Shown one piece after another: positions 17,133-27,657 of a stretch of 52,666 nt of DNA; position 1 is the stretch's first letter; each line of letters opens with the position of its first letter. A model generated the notes under the pieces. That model searched no databases. It was not told the DNA's origin and saw only the letters and a list, made by a program, of their open reading frames with translations. The DNA lies in contig JANWHE010000009.1 of the NCBI GenBank assembly GCA_025450575.1, positions 1 to 52,666 on the forward strand. Direction: 5' to 3'. Origin of the DNA: Candidatus Saccharimonadales bacterium (GTDB lineage Bacteria > Patescibacteriota > Saccharimonadia > Saccharimonadales > UBA10212). The translations under genes and the position numbers were made by a program.

Positions 17133-19625
17133 ATGATTCCAAATTCACCGGATTTTCAAGAATTCTTATCGCATCTGACCAATAACGCGCTACATAGCTT
17201 GCGGCACGCCGACGCCATCGCTCGCGCCAGTGGCAGCGCCTACATCGGTACGGAGCATTTATTACTGGGGGTACTAGCCCAAGAGGGGTCAATGGGCTCT
17301 AAGATCTTAGAGGGCGCCGGGGTGACGCTGGACAGGGCGCGTTTAGCGCTGAACCTGACGCCTAAGACCTTGGTTATTAACATGGGTGGCAAAGGTTTGT
17401 CTGAGACAGCCAAACTGACCCTTAAGATGGCCTGGGAGATCGCCCAGGAGTTCAGCCAAGACTACTGTGGAACGGAGCACGTCTTATACAGTATCCTAAG
17501 CCAGAAGAACGCCCGAGCTACGACCTTGCTGCGCGATATGAGCGTCGATATCGATGCCCTGAGCGCCGAGGTCGAGCAATTCCTGCAAAGGCAGCAGTAC
17601 GAGGGCGACGGCCAGGCGGCCGATGGCAAACGCCGTGGCAAAAACGCTAAGAAATCAGCGCTGGAATTCTTCGGCACCAACCTTACCAAACTGGCCCGCG
17701 AGAAAAAGCTGGATCCGGTAGTCGGCCGCGAACCGCAGATCAAGCGCGTCATCACTATATTGAACCGCCGCACCAAGAACAACCCGGTGCTGATCGGCGA
17801 ACCCGGCGTCGGTAAGACAGCTATCGTCGAAGGTCTGGCCCAGAGGATAGTCAACGAAGAAGTGCCGGACAGCTTATTGGACAAAAAGATTATAACTTTA
17901 GATCTGGCCGGGATGATCGCCGGCACCAAATACCGCGGTGAATTCGAAGAGCGCCTTAAAAAGGTTATCGCCGAACTGGAACAGGATAAGAACGTCATCG
18001 TCTTCATTGACGAGCTGCACTTGATCGTGGGCGCCGGAGCCGCCGAAGGCAGCATGGACGCCGGCAACATCTTAAAGCCCAGCTTGGCCCGCGGCAAGAT
18101 CCAGATGATTGGCGCCACCACCACCGACGAATACACCCGCCATATAGAAAAAGACGCCGCCCTGGAGCGCCGTTTCCAGCCGATTCAGGTCCCGGAAACC
18201 ACTCCCAGCGAGACTTTGGCCATATTGAAGGGTCTGCGCAAACACTACGAGGAATTCCATGGCGTGCGCGTCAGCGACGATGTCCTAGAAGATACCGTCA
18301 ATTTCGCCCGCCGCTATATCAACGACCGCTACATGCCGGACAAAGCCATCGACCTACTGGACGAGACCTCGGCCTATCTGCGCGTCAATAAAGGCAAGAC
18401 GCCGCCCCAGCTGCGCCAGCTGCAGAAAGAACTGAAACTGATAAACCAGCGCATCGACGAAGCCGTAGACAGCGAAGATTATGAAAAAGCCGCCCGCGAA
18501 AAACAGCGGGCCAGCCAGATCAGCGAAGACATCAAGAAACTGGAAACTACCACCCGCGCCGGCAAACCCATTATCATCAATTCCGACGACATGGCCGACA
18601 CGGTGGCCCGGATGACCGGCGTGCCGGTAACCAAAGTCATCCGTTCCGAGGCCAAATATCTGGTAAATCTCGAGAAGAACCTCGGCAAATATATCATCGG
18701 CCAGGACGAAGCCGTCGAAACCGTGTCTAAGGCCGTGCGCCGCAGCCGCTCCGGCATCTCCAGCGAAAAGCGGCCGATCGGTTCGTTCATCTTCTTGGGC
18801 CCGACCGGCGTCGGCAAAACCGAGCTGGCCCGGGTACTGGCCCGCGAATTCTTCGGATCCGAAGACGCGCTGGTCAAAATCGACATGAGCGAATTCGGCG
18901 AACGCCATACCGTCGCCCGCCTGATCGGTGCGCCGGCCGGTTACGTAGGCTATGATGACCCCGGCCAGCTGACCGACCGCATCCGCCGCCAGCCCTACAG
19001 CGTGGTGCTTTTCGACGAAATCGAAAAAGCCCACCCCGACGTCTTCAACATGCTCCTGCAGATTTTAGAGGACGGCGTGTTGAGCGACGCCAAGGGTCGC
19101 AAGATAGATTTCACCAACACTATCATTATCATGACCAGCAATATCGGCGCCGAAAAACTCCAAAAAGAAGCCAGCTTCGGTTTCTCGGCCAGTAAGTCCA
19201 CTGATTTCGACAACTTGGACGAACTGCACCAGGCCAATAAAAACATGGTCTTAGAAGAGCTTAAAAAGACCATGCGGCCGGAGCTTTTGAACCGCATCGA
19301 TAAGATCATAGCCTTCAGGGCCCTGACTCGGAAGGACGCCTTGAAGATTCTGGATATCCAACTGGAAGATTTACGGGCCCGTCTGGTCAAAAAAGGCATC
19401 GGCCTGCAGGTCAGCCCGAAAGCCAAAGAATACCTGATGGAGCGGGGGTATGACGCCCATAACGGCGCCCGGCCGATGCGCCGCCTGCTGCAAGAGACGT
19501 TGGAAGACGCTATCGCCGCCGGTCTTTTGGAAGACAATTACCATACCGGTGACGTCGTGACCGTCAACACCAAGAAAACCCCGGACCGTCAGACCGAGCT
19601 GACTTACGCTGCCGCCTTAGAGTAG
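17133..19625 (+). CDS. clpC: ATP-dependent Clp protease ATPase subunit ClpC
   Basis: Two Clp-N repeats (GTEHLL, GTEHVL); AAA1 GEPGVGKT; short UVR-type M domain (EDYEKAA); AAA2 GPTGVGKTE; FGF ClpP-docking loop. Confidence 0.93.
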   Translation: MIPNSPDFQEFLSHLTNNALHSLRHADAIARASGSAYIGTEHLLLGVLAQEGSMGSKILEGAGVTLDRARLALNLTPKTLVINMGGKGLSETAKLTLKMAWEIAQEFSQDYCGTEHVLYSILSQKNARATTLLRDMSVDIDALSAEVEQFLQRQQYEGDGQAADGKRRGKNAKKSALEFFGTNLTKLAREKKLDPVVGREPQIKRVITILNRRTKNNPVLIGEPGVGKTAIVEGLAQRIVNEEVPDSLLDKKIITLDLAGMIAGTKYRGEFEERLKKVIAELEQDKNVIVFIDELHLIVGAGAAEGSMDAGNILKPSLARGKIQMIGATTTDEYTRHIEKDAALERRFQPIQVPETTPSETLAILKGLRKHYEEFHGVRVSDDVLEDTVNFARRYINDRYMPDKAIDLLDETSAYLRVNKGKTPPQLRQLQKELKLINQRIDEAVDSEDYEKAAREKQRASQISEDIKKLETTTRAGKPIIINSDDMADTVARMTGVPVTKVIRSEAKYLVNLEKNLGKYIIGQDEAVETVSKAVRRSRSGISSEKRPIGSFIFLGPTGVGKTELARVLAREFFGSEDALVKIDMSEFGERHTVARLIGAPAGYVGYDDPGQLTDRIRRQPYSVVLFDEIEKAHPDVFNMLLQILEDGVLSDAKGRKIDFTNTIIIMTSNIGAEKLQKEASFGFSASKSTDFDNLDELHQANKNMVLEELKKTMRPELLNRIDKIIAFRALTRKDALKILDIQLEDLRARLVKKGIGLQVSPKAKEYLMERGYDAHNGARPMRRLLQETLEDAIAAGLLEDNYHTGDVVTVNTKKTPDRQTELTYAAALE

Positions 19626-19645
19626 CCTAAGTTATACTACTAGCA

Positions 19646-20626
19646 ATGACCGCTTTTAAACGAGCTTTGTCTTTCGTAATCCTGTTGGCCCTGCTGAGTT
19701 TCCCGGTTTTGGTTTACTTCAACGCCCAGGCGCTGAGCGATTGGTGGCAGCTGCGCGGTTACACGCCGGCGTCCGCCGTGACGACTTTGGCCTCGGAGGA
19801 CACTATGACACCCTATGCCCGGCATGTTTTTTACGTCAATCATCCCGATTTGGAATCAAATGCCGCGCAGTTTCGATCCGACTGCAACGTGACCGAACAA
19901 ACTATCGTTTTAGGCTGTTACCACTCGGACCAGCGCGGGATATTCGTCTACGACGTCCATGATCCGCGCCTGGCCGGCGTCCAGCAGGTAACGGCCGCCC
20001 ACGAGATGCTGCACGCCGCCTATGACCGGCTGAGCACCAAGGAGAAAGACTACGTGGACGGCCTGCTGACGGATTATTACAACCATGACCTTAAAGACCA
20101 GCGCATCATCGACACCATGAACGAGTATAAGAAAACCGAGCCGAACGCCGTGGTAAACGAGATGCATTCGGTTTTCGGCACCGAAATTGCCGATTTGCCG
20201 GCTCCGCTCGAAACTTATTACGCCAAGTACTTTACCAATCGGCACGCTATTACGGATTACGCTAACTCGTATGAGGCGGAGTTCACTAGCCGCGAAGACC
20301 AGATAAAAGCCGACGATGCCCAGCTGGCGGCTTTAAGAAGCCGCATCCAGGACGAAGAGAGCTCTTTACAGGCCCAAAGTTCCAAGATTGACGCCGACCG
20401 GTCGCGGCTGGATAGCGAAAGAAGCTCCGGCGATGTCGCTGACTATAATGCCGGAGTGGCGCCGTTCAACCGCGAGGTGGATGCTTATAATGCCGGCGTG
20501 CAAAGCTTAAAAAGCTACATAGCTTCTTATAACCAGTTGGTGGAAGCTCGCAATGCCATCGCCCAGGAGCTAACCAGCTTGGATCAATCCATAGACACCC
20601 GCCTGACGCCGCAGACGGCCCAATAA
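19646..20626 (+). CDS. Secreted/membrane-anchored zincin-like (HEXXH) protein with C-terminal coiled coil
   Basis: N-terminal hydrophobic segment; VLGCY; TAAHEMLHAAY; downstream NEMHS; about 110 aa heptad-rich tail. Confidence 0.65.
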   Translation: MTAFKRALSFVILLALLSFPVLVYFNAQALSDWWQLRGYTPASAVTTLASEDTMTPYARHVFYVNHPDLESNAAQFRSDCNVTEQTIVLGCYHSDQRGIFVYDVHDPRLAGVQQVTAAHEMLHAAYDRLSTKEKDYVDGLLTDYYNHDLKDQRIIDTMNEYKKTEPNAVVNEMHSVFGTEIADLPAPLETYYAKYFTNRHAITDYANSYEAEFTSREDQIKADDAQLAALRSRIQDEESSLQAQSSKIDADRSRLDSERSSGDVADYNAGVAPFNREVDAYNAGVQSLKSYIASYNQLVEARNAIAQELTSLDQSIDTRLTPQTAQ

Positions 20627-20646
20627 TTTGTTAGACTAGAACTAAT

Positions 20647-21993
20647 ATGGCCAAATCGTTGGGAGTGAGATTCACCTGTTCGAATTGCGGCGCCACCTAT
20701 AACAAGTGGCAGGGTCGCTGCGGCAACTGCGGCGAGTGGAACACGCTGGTCGAGCAAGTGGAGGTCAGCACCGCTACCGCGGGCGCCAGCGGCCGTAAGC
20801 TGGCGACCGAATCGGTCGGCGCGGCCCGCAAATCGACCACCGGTCGCTTGAGTTCGGGCATCAAAGAGGTGGACGAGGTCTTAGGTGGCGGCTTTGTCGC
20901 CGGCAGCGTCAACCTGTTAGCCGGCCAGCCGGGCATCGGCAAAAGCACCATCTTGCTGCAGATAGCCCATAACGCCGCCAAAAGTTTAAAAGTCCTATAT
21001 ATCAGCGGCGAGGAATCGGCCCAGCAGATCGCTCTGCGGGCCGAACGCCTTAAGACGGAAGATAAGAACTTGCAGCTGGCGGTATCTACCGTAGCTAATG
21101 ATATCGCCGCGACTATCAGTGGAGGCGGTTACGATATCGTGGTAGTGGACTCCATTCAGACAGTGGCCGTCAATGAAATCTCCTCGGCAGCCGGCAACGT
21201 CAGCCAGATTACCAACAGCACCCAGCTGTTAACGGCCGCCGCCAAAGCCAGCAACACGGCCCTGATACTGGTCGGCCATGTTACTAAAGAAGGCTCGATC
21301 GCCGGCCCTAAGCTGCTGGAACACATGGTAGACGTAGTCATGCAGCTGGAAGGCGACCGTTACGGCGGTTTTAAGATTCTGCGCGGTGTCAAGAACCGCT
21401 ACGGCTCGACCAACGAGGCCGGAATTTTCGAGATGACCGATACCGGCATGAAAGCCGTGGACAATCCGTCGGCGGCGCTGCTGGCCGAACGGCAGATCAG
21501 CGACGGGTCGGTAGTGCATGCCACCATGGAAGGCAGCCGGCCGCTGTTAGTCGAAGTCCAGGCTTTGGTGAACCCGACAAGCTACGGCTACCCCAAACGG
21601 ACAGCCAGTGGCATCGACCTTAACCGGGTGAATTTATTAGTAGCGATGTTAGAACGCCGTACCAAGCTTAAGCTGGGCGACAAGGACATTTACGTGAACA
21701 TAGTCGGCGGTATCCGCCTGAGTGAACCAGCGGCCGACCTGGCGGTCTGCATGGCCATCGCCAGCGCCGCTAAAGGCATGCAGCTGAAAAAGAACGCCGT
21801 GGTTTTCGGCGAAGTCGGGCTGTCCGGCGAGGTCCGCCACGTACCTTTCGTGGATAAACGGCTGGCCGAAGCCAAGAAACTTGGCTTTGAAGCGGCTATC
21901 GGCCCGGTAGTCCGCGGCGGCAAGAAACCGGCGCTACTGTCACCGGTCAGCGATGTCCGCAGCGCGCTTAATACTTTCCTTGAAAAAGACTAA
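20647..21993 (+). CDS. radA: DNA repair protein RadA/Sms
   Basis: C4 zinc finger CSNC..CGNC; GQPGIGKST; KNRYG motif; Lon-like C-terminal domain GEVGLSGE. Confidence 0.97.
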   Translation: MAKSLGVRFTCSNCGATYNKWQGRCGNCGEWNTLVEQVEVSTATAGASGRKLATESVGAARKSTTGRLSSGIKEVDEVLGGGFVAGSVNLLAGQPGIGKSTILLQIAHNAAKSLKVLYISGEESAQQIALRAERLKTEDKNLQLAVSTVANDIAATISGGGYDIVVVDSIQTVAVNEISSAAGNVSQITNSTQLLTAAAKASNTALILVGHVTKEGSIAGPKLLEHMVDVVMQLEGDRYGGFKILRGVKNRYGSTNEAGIFEMTDTGMKAVDNPSAALLAERQISDGSVVHATMEGSRPLLVEVQALVNPTSYGYPKRTASGIDLNRVNLLVAMLERRTKLKLGDKDIYVNIVGGIRLSEPAADLAVCMAIASAAKGMQLKKNAVVFGEVGLSGEVRHVPFVDKRLAEAKKLGFEAAIGPVVRGGKKPALLSPVSDVRSALNTFLEKD

Positions 21994-24900
21994 AGTGTCG
22001 CAGGATTCGATTTAATCTTATCTTTATCCTCAACATAGTATGTCCCAGAAGGCACATTATTGGCGTTGCACGATGAACCGCTAGAAGAGCATATAGAATT
22101 GCCGCTTGAATCAACAACGTTGAACGGACCATTCCCATTGCCTGTCCAGTTAAAAGTAGCGTGACTACCGGTTCCTCTTGTGGCCGTGAAGTTCGAGGGG
22201 CCCTGCGGCTGGGCCGCTTGAGTAAAATTTACGGAGTTATTTGAATCACTCCCAGAATATAGGACGCTGTCTGTTACGGTAGCCGATATAGTCCCGCTAC
22301 CATTAAATGTAGGAGAATAGTTACAAGATAGTGGCTGTCCGTCTTGAATGTTGCTGGAAGTGCAAATCGTAGAACCATTCACGCTGATTGTTATGGTACC
22401 GGGATATTGCGGATAGTTTGTGTCGTTAAGTGGGTGGGTACCCGCAAAGGCGGTAGCCGAAATAGTGCAGCTGGTATCACAGCTATTTCCGGCGGGCGGT
22501 GTAATTGTGATTGTCGGTGGCGAATCGCTGCACAGATGCACATCATCCGGGGCACCGTTATTGGAACTGGTCGAATTCGAAGCATTGTTTCCAGGCGGGT
22601 AGAACACGTCGATCGAGAAGGCATTAGGCGCGGCATTGCCGCTAAGCTGCTGTTTAGCGAGTTCCGGCGTACAACTGGTGGCTACTTTGCCGGAAACTTT
22701 GTCCAAAACCACGCTGCTGCTGCTGACCGACCGCTGCTTGTACCACGACGGATAAATATCTGTAGTTACTGCCGGTCCCTGGGTCGCGAAAGGCATCTGG
22801 CTCTTATAGGCCGGCAGATGCTGGATGCCTGCTGGTTCAGCCCAATTGACGGGGTTCATATGCAAGCTATCAAGCGCGTATTCCATGACGGTACGGGTCA
22901 GCGGCAGAGTGATGAATTCCATACCGGCGGCGTTAAGGGCTTTATTGCGGGTATGGTAGCCGACCCAGCTACCTACGGCGTATTGGGTGTTCCAGCTCAT
23001 CATCAGGCCGTCGAAACTATTATTTGTGGTTCCGGTCTTGACGGCCGTGTCCCAGCCCTTGTAGTGCTGCCATTTCTGAGAGCTGTTCAGGTAGCTGGCT
23101 TGGGGGTCGGACAGCATATTGTTAACTATATAAGCCGATTGCTGGTTGACCACTTGGGTTCCTTTAGGTTGCTTAAAGGCATAAAAGGTCTTGCCGGCGG
23201 AGTTCTGGATACTGCTTATATAAGTATTGGGGATGGCGTTGCCCAGACGGCCCAGGCTGGCCAAGCCGTTTATGTGCTGGTCTAAGTGCAGGTAGGCACC
23301 GTCGCCGATAGCCGAAGCCCCGTAGCATTGGGTTTCGTCAGAGGATTTGGCCTGGTTGATATCTACGCCGTCTTTAAAGCACTTGTAGGCGTCCGGGGCG
23401 GCCATTAAAGAGTCGGCGGTACTGATTACTTTATTGATTGATTTGGTGCGGTTGACGCTAGTGTCGTTAGGGGTCGCTTCTAGCATGGCTTTGACGGCCG
23501 GGACATTGCGGGAACCACCTATGGCGTAACGGAGTGTTTCCGGCCCAGGATATTTGTAATCGTAATCGTGCAGACAGTTACCGGTCGCGGAGACACCGGT
23601 AGTGCAGGGATATCCGGGCAGAGGGCCCTTGCTGTCATAAAGGACGGAGCCGGCACCGACATTAGTGTTGTTGTCTATCAAAGTCGAATAGTCATAAGGT
23701 TTGAAACTGGAACCGGGAGAGATATAAGCCTGGTGGGCGTAGTTAAACTGGCCGTGGTCGGGGTCGGTGAAGTCTACGCCACCGACTAACGCCCGCATCT
23801 GGCCGGTTTTGACGTCCTCTACGACCATAGCTTCCTCGTCGCCACCATACCGCTGAACGTTATTATAGTTATCCTGAACCGCTTTTTCGGCCTCGTTCTG
23901 CAGATTGATATCAAGAGTCGTGATGACTTTCCAGCCTCCGACCTTGGCCGATTGGCTGGCGAAACGCTTGTTCAACTCATCGCGAGCCGCCAGTACGAAA
24001 TACGGCGCCCGGATACCGGCGTAATAAGACTGCTGTGGCTGGACTTGCGCCAAGATATCGACTTTTTGGGCGGTCTTGGCCTGAGCTTCGCTGATCCTAC
24101 CCTGGGCCGCCATTTGGTCGAGGATGTAATTATAGCGGGCTAAAAGAGCATCTTTGTCGAAATAGGTGGTGTCATATGGAGAGTACAGCGAGGGAGCCTT
24201 GGGAATAGCCGCTAAAAAGGCGGACTGCGCCAACGTAAGGTCTTTAGCGTCAGTATGGAAGTAGTCGGAGGCCGCGGTCTGGGCTCCATAATCAACACTG
24301 CCGTATGGCACAACATTAAGGTAATCGGTTAAGATCTGGTCTTTGGTATAAGCCCTCTCCAGCTCAACGGCCAATATCAGCTCCTTAACTTTTAGAGCTA
24401 CGGTGCGGTTTTGATTAAAGTCTTGAGTCAGCTTTACGAGCTGCTGGTCAATGGTAGAGGCGCCTTGGGTCCCGCCACGGTGCGCCAGGTCGTTGACAGC
24501 TGCGCGGATATAGCCTTTGGGGTCAAAACCTCGTTCACTGTAGAAGTTCTTGTCTTCGATGGCTACGGTGGCCGCTTTTAGGTAGGGCGAGATGTCCTGG
24601 CTGGCCACCGGTATGCGTTTGACGGCGTTATAATCCTGCCATAACAGGGTCTTGCCAGAGCTGTCGTAATAACTGATACTGCCGCCGATATTGCTGCCTG
24701 ATAGGTCGGTGATGTCTTTGAGATCCTTGCGGTAATAAGCGAAGACAGCCAGCGTTAATATGAACATCGCCACGATAGCGATGCCGAGGGCTTTTAAGGC
24801 AGTAATGACGCCGTCGCGGCTGAACCAATAAGCCGCCAGCCGTTTAGGATGCAGCCTCCAGGCTATGCGCTTAATACGTGATTTGGGCAGTCCCCGCAAG

Positions 24901-25034
24901 CGATTTACCCTGCGCAGGGCTTTGGCCTGTCTCATGGCCACATAGCGTTCACCGAGGGAGCGGTTCACCTTTAATACTTTGCCGCTGCGGGTAGTTATCG
25001 GACGGCTACCAGAGCGGCGCGGATTTTTCTTCAT
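21990..25034 (-). CDS. Class A penicillin-binding protein (transglycosylase/transpeptidase) with Cys/Ser/Thr-rich C-terminal extension
   Basis: GT51 motifs AIEDKNF, QGASTIDQQLVK, KVKE; transpeptidase motifs SSFK, SRN, KTG. ATG 25034 is preceded by GGGAG. Confidence 0.93.
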   Translation of the reverse strand: MKKNPRRSGSRPITTRSGKVLKVNRSLGERYVAMRQAKALRRVNRLRGLPKSRIKRIAWRLHPKRLAAYWFSRDGVITALKALGIAIVAMFILTLAVFAYYRKDLKDITDLSGSNIGGSISYYDSSGKTLLWQDYNAVKRIPVASQDISPYLKAATVAIEDKNFYSERGFDPKGYIRAAVNDLAHRGGTQGASTIDQQLVKLTQDFNQNRTVALKVKELILAVELERAYTKDQILTDYLNVVPYGSVDYGAQTAASDYFHTDAKDLTLAQSAFLAAIPKAPSLYSPYDTTYFDKDALLARYNYILDQMAAQGRISEAQAKTAQKVDILAQVQPQQSYYAGIRAPYFVLAARDELNKRFASQSAKVGGWKVITTLDINLQNEAEKAVQDNYNNVQRYGGDEEAMVVEDVKTGQMRALVGGVDFTDPDHGQFNYAHQAYISPGSSFKPYDYSTLIDNNTNVGAGSVLYDSKGPLPGYPCTTGVSATGNCLHDYDYKYPGPETLRYAIGGSRNVPAVKAMLEATPNDTSVNRTKSINKVISTADSLMAAPDAYKCFKDGVDINQAKSSDETQCYGASAIGDGAYLHLDQHINGLASLGRLGNAIPNTYISSIQNSAGKTFYAFKQPKGTQVVNQQSAYIVNNMLSDPQASYLNSSQKWQHYKGWDTAVKTGTTNNSFDGLMMSWNTQYAVGSWVGYHTRNKALNAAGMEFITLPLTRTVMEYALDSLHMNPVNWAEPAGIQHLPAYKSQMPFATQGPAVTTDIYPSWYKQRSVSSSSVVLDKVSGKVATSCTPELAKQQLSGNAAPNAFSIDVFYPPGNNASNSTSSNNGAPDDVHLCSDSPPTITITPPAGNSCDTSCTISATAFAGTHPLNDTNYPQYPGTITISVNGSTICTSSNIQDGQPLSCNYSPTFNGSGTISATVTDSVLYSGSDSNNSVNFTQAAQPQGPSNFTATRGTGSHATFNWTGNGNGPFNVVDSSGNSICSSSGSSCNANNVPSGTYYVEDKDKIKSNPATL

Positions 25035-25151
25035 TAAATTCTTATACTCCCTGCTTAGACACAATTATACCAAACCGCTTACTATCAGCCACAAGAATTA
25101 TATTCGGTTATACTAATAGTAATTAAGGAAAATATACCTGAAAATCAGCTT

Positions 25152-26384
25152 ATGAATCTCAGCGATGACCTCAAGTGGCGCGGCCTGATAAAGGATAAGA
25201 CTTTTAGCGACGATAAGTGGCTGGATGAGCCGCGGACTTTCTACCATGGCGTGGACGCCTCGGCCGACAGCATGACTATCGGCAACCTGGCGGCTATGCT
25301 GACGGCCCGGCGCTTACTGGAAGCCGGCTGGACGGCAGTACTGCTGGCCGGCGGCGCGACCAGCCTGATAGGCGACCCTAAAGAGACCAAGGAGCGCGAA
25401 CTGCAGCCGCGAGAAGAGATCGAAAAGAATGTCGCGGCCGTCAAAGAGCAAATTAACCAGCTGTTCGCCGGCCAGCAGTTCACTCTGGTCGATAACTACG
25501 ACTGGTTCAAAGACGTCGGGTATCTGGATTTTCTGCGCGACGTCGGTAAAAACTTTGCCATATCAGAGCTGATGCAGCGCGAATTTATTACCGAACGGCT
25601 GCGCTCCGGCATCAGCTACGCCGAATTCAGCTACTCGCTGATCCAGGGCTATGACTACTGGCAGTTGTATAAGAACCATCAGACCGTTTTACAGATCGGC
25701 GGTTCTGACCAGTGGGGCAATATGCTGTCGGGCGTGGCGCTGATTCGCAAAAAGGAGGCCCAGGAAGTACACGCCTTAAGCATGCCGCTGGTAGTCGATA
25801 AATCTACTGGCCGTAAATTCGGCAAAAGCGAAGCCGGCGCCATCTGGCTGGACGCCAGCAAAACCACGGTTTTCCAGTTCTACCAATTCTGGATCAACGC
25901 CAGCGATGAAGACGTGGAAGATTATCTTAAGGTTTTCACACTTTTGACAAAGGAAGAAATAGAACAGATCATGCGCGAACAGCAGTCTAGCCCGGCCGAG
26001 CGTATCGGGCAAAAAAGACTGGCGGATGAAATTACCGATATCGTCCATGGCAAAGACCAGGCCGATAAAGCCAGAAACGCGGCTAACGTAGTCCAGGGCC
26101 GGACCCTGATAGGTGACGTGTCAGAAGAAATCACCAGTGTCTTAAGAGAGGAGATTCCTTCGATAAAAATCCAGCCCGGCAGCCCGGTAACCGAAGTATT
26201 AATGGAGTCCGGTTTGGCCGTCTCTAAGACCGACGCCCGGCGGCTGACGCAAGATAAAGCCGTGTACGTTAACGGGCAGCAGTTCGGTAAAGATCACTTG
26301 GATGCCGCCGACTTTAAAAATGGGCGGCTGATGCTGCGCCGCGGCAAAGCTTATAAGGACTCCGCGCTGGTCGAACTCGCCTAA
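25152..26384 (+). CDS. tyrS: Tyrosine--tRNA ligase
   Basis: GGATSLIGDP, YAEFSYSLIQGYD, QIGGSDQWGN, KFGKS, C-terminal S4 domain. The HIGH motif appears as TIGN. Confidence 0.97.
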   Translation: MNLSDDLKWRGLIKDKTFSDDKWLDEPRTFYHGVDASADSMTIGNLAAMLTARRLLEAGWTAVLLAGGATSLIGDPKETKERELQPREEIEKNVAAVKEQINQLFAGQQFTLVDNYDWFKDVGYLDFLRDVGKNFAISELMQREFITERLRSGISYAEFSYSLIQGYDYWQLYKNHQTVLQIGGSDQWGNMLSGVALIRKKEAQEVHALSMPLVVDKSTGRKFGKSEAGAIWLDASKTTVFQFYQFWINASDEDVEDYLKVFTLLTKEEIEQIMREQQSSPAERIGQKRLADEITDIVHGKDQADKARNAANVVQGRTLIGDVSEEITSVLREEIPSIKIQPGSPVTEVLMESGLAVSKTDARRLTQDKAVYVNGQQFGKDHLDAADFKNGRLMLRRGKAYKDSALVELA

Positions 26385-26388
26385 GATC

Positions 26389-27657
26389 ATGCAGAAATTC
26401 CTAGGTACGGTGCTTGGTAAATCGGTAAAGGCGGGACTGGCTTACCGCAAAGGCGGCGGCCAGGCGCTACCCGGTTTAGTCGTCGAAAAACTGTTTCCCA
26501 GCTATGTAGGCGCCATGCTGAACAAGCTGCCGGAAGGGGTGGTCATAATCACCGGTACCAACGGCAAAACCACAACCACCAAGATGGTGGTTCATCTGCT
26601 CAAAGCCAATGGCAAGAAAGTTCTTACTAATTCCACTGGCAGTAACCTGACCCGCGGTATCGCTTCATCAATTTCACAGCACGCTAAAATAAGCGGCAAG
26701 CTACCGTTCGACATCGCCGTCTTAGAAATCGACGAAGCCACCGCCCGGCGGCTAGTGCGAATGGTCAGACCGCGCTGGACGCTGGCGCTGAACGTCAGCC
26801 GCGACCAGCTGGACCGCTATGGCGAAGTCGACACCATCGCGTCTTATATCAAGGCGGCCATGGAAGCGTCCGAGAAAGTCGTAGTAAACGCCGACGACCC
26901 CAACCTGCTGAAAGCCGCCCAGGGCCTTGCGGACAAGAGAGTCCATTATTTCGGCTTTTCCGATAAGCTGGGCCGGTTTTTTCCGAATGACTATGAGCTA
27001 GCCGCCATAGACGCACCGTCTCGACAAAGCAAGGCCGCCAAAAGCCCGGACGTGCAGCTGGCCGACTTTAAAAAGCGGAGCGCTACCTACTTGATAAATG
27101 GGAGAAAATACTCGGCCGATTTAAAGCTCTCCGGCCAGCATAATTTCTTAAATGGCGCCGCGGCCCTCGCGCTGGCGCGCCAGCTGCTGCCGGACGTATC
27201 CGCCGAAGACCTGGTGCGCGAACTAGCCGACGTGCCGCTGGCCTTCGGCCGCGGTGAAAAATACCGGCTTAAAGGCGGCGGTACGGTCGAATTAGTCTTG
27301 GTTAAGAATCCAGCCAGTTTCACCCAGGCTTTGGCGTCGTATGGTTCGTCAAATGTCAACCTAATGATAGCTATAAACGATAACATCGCCGACGGCCGCG
27401 ACGTATCCTGGCTGTGGGATGTTAACTTTGGGCCGCTGGCTTCAAAAAAGGTCGGTCTGACCAGCGGCCGCCGGGCCGCGGACATGGCCCTTAGGCTGCG
27501 ATACGACGATATCGGTGTCGGCGAAATCGAACCCGATCCGATAAGAGCCTTGAGCCGGCTCGACCATAAAAGCGGCGAACATGTCATCTTAGCCACCTAC
27601 ACGGCTATGCTGCGGCTGTACGCCAAACTATCCAAATCAGCGGAGAAAGTCCGATGA
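26389..27657 (+). CDS. murT: Lipid II isoglutaminyl synthase subunit MurT (Mur ligase + DUF1727)
   Basis: ITGTNGKTTT, RDQLDRYGE, LVKNPAS, ADGRDVSWLWDV, ATYTAM. Confidence 0.92.
   Translation: MQKFLGTVLGKSVKAGLAYRKGGGQALPGLVVEKLFPSYVGAMLNKLPEGVVIITGTNGKTTTTKMVVHLLKANGKKVLTNSTGSNLTRGIASSISQHAKISGKLPFDIAVLEIDEATARRLVRMVRPRWTLALNVSRDQLDRYGEVDTIASYIKAAMEASEKVVVNADDPNLLKAAQGLADKRVHYFGFSDKLGRFFPNDYELAAIDAPSRQSKAAKSPDVQLADFKKRSATYLINGRKYSADLKLSGQHNFLNGAAALALARQLLPDVSAEDLVRELADVPLAFGRGEKYRLKGGGTVELVLVKNPASFTQALASYGSSNVNLMIAINDNIADGRDVSWLWDVNFGPLASKKVGLTSGRRAADMALRLRYDDIGVGEIEPDPIRALSRLDHKSGEHVILATYTAMLRLYAKLSKSAEKVR

Noticed and set aside
22344-23285. 313-aa plus-strand ORF
   Set aside because: Lies wholly antisense to the PBP gene and has no recognisable motifs; a shadow ORF.
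25035-25151. T-box riboswitch upstream of tyrS (also considered for hisS)
   Set aside because: The intergenic regions are too short and AT-rich, with no T-box consensus (AAGGTGGTACC-like) or terminator.
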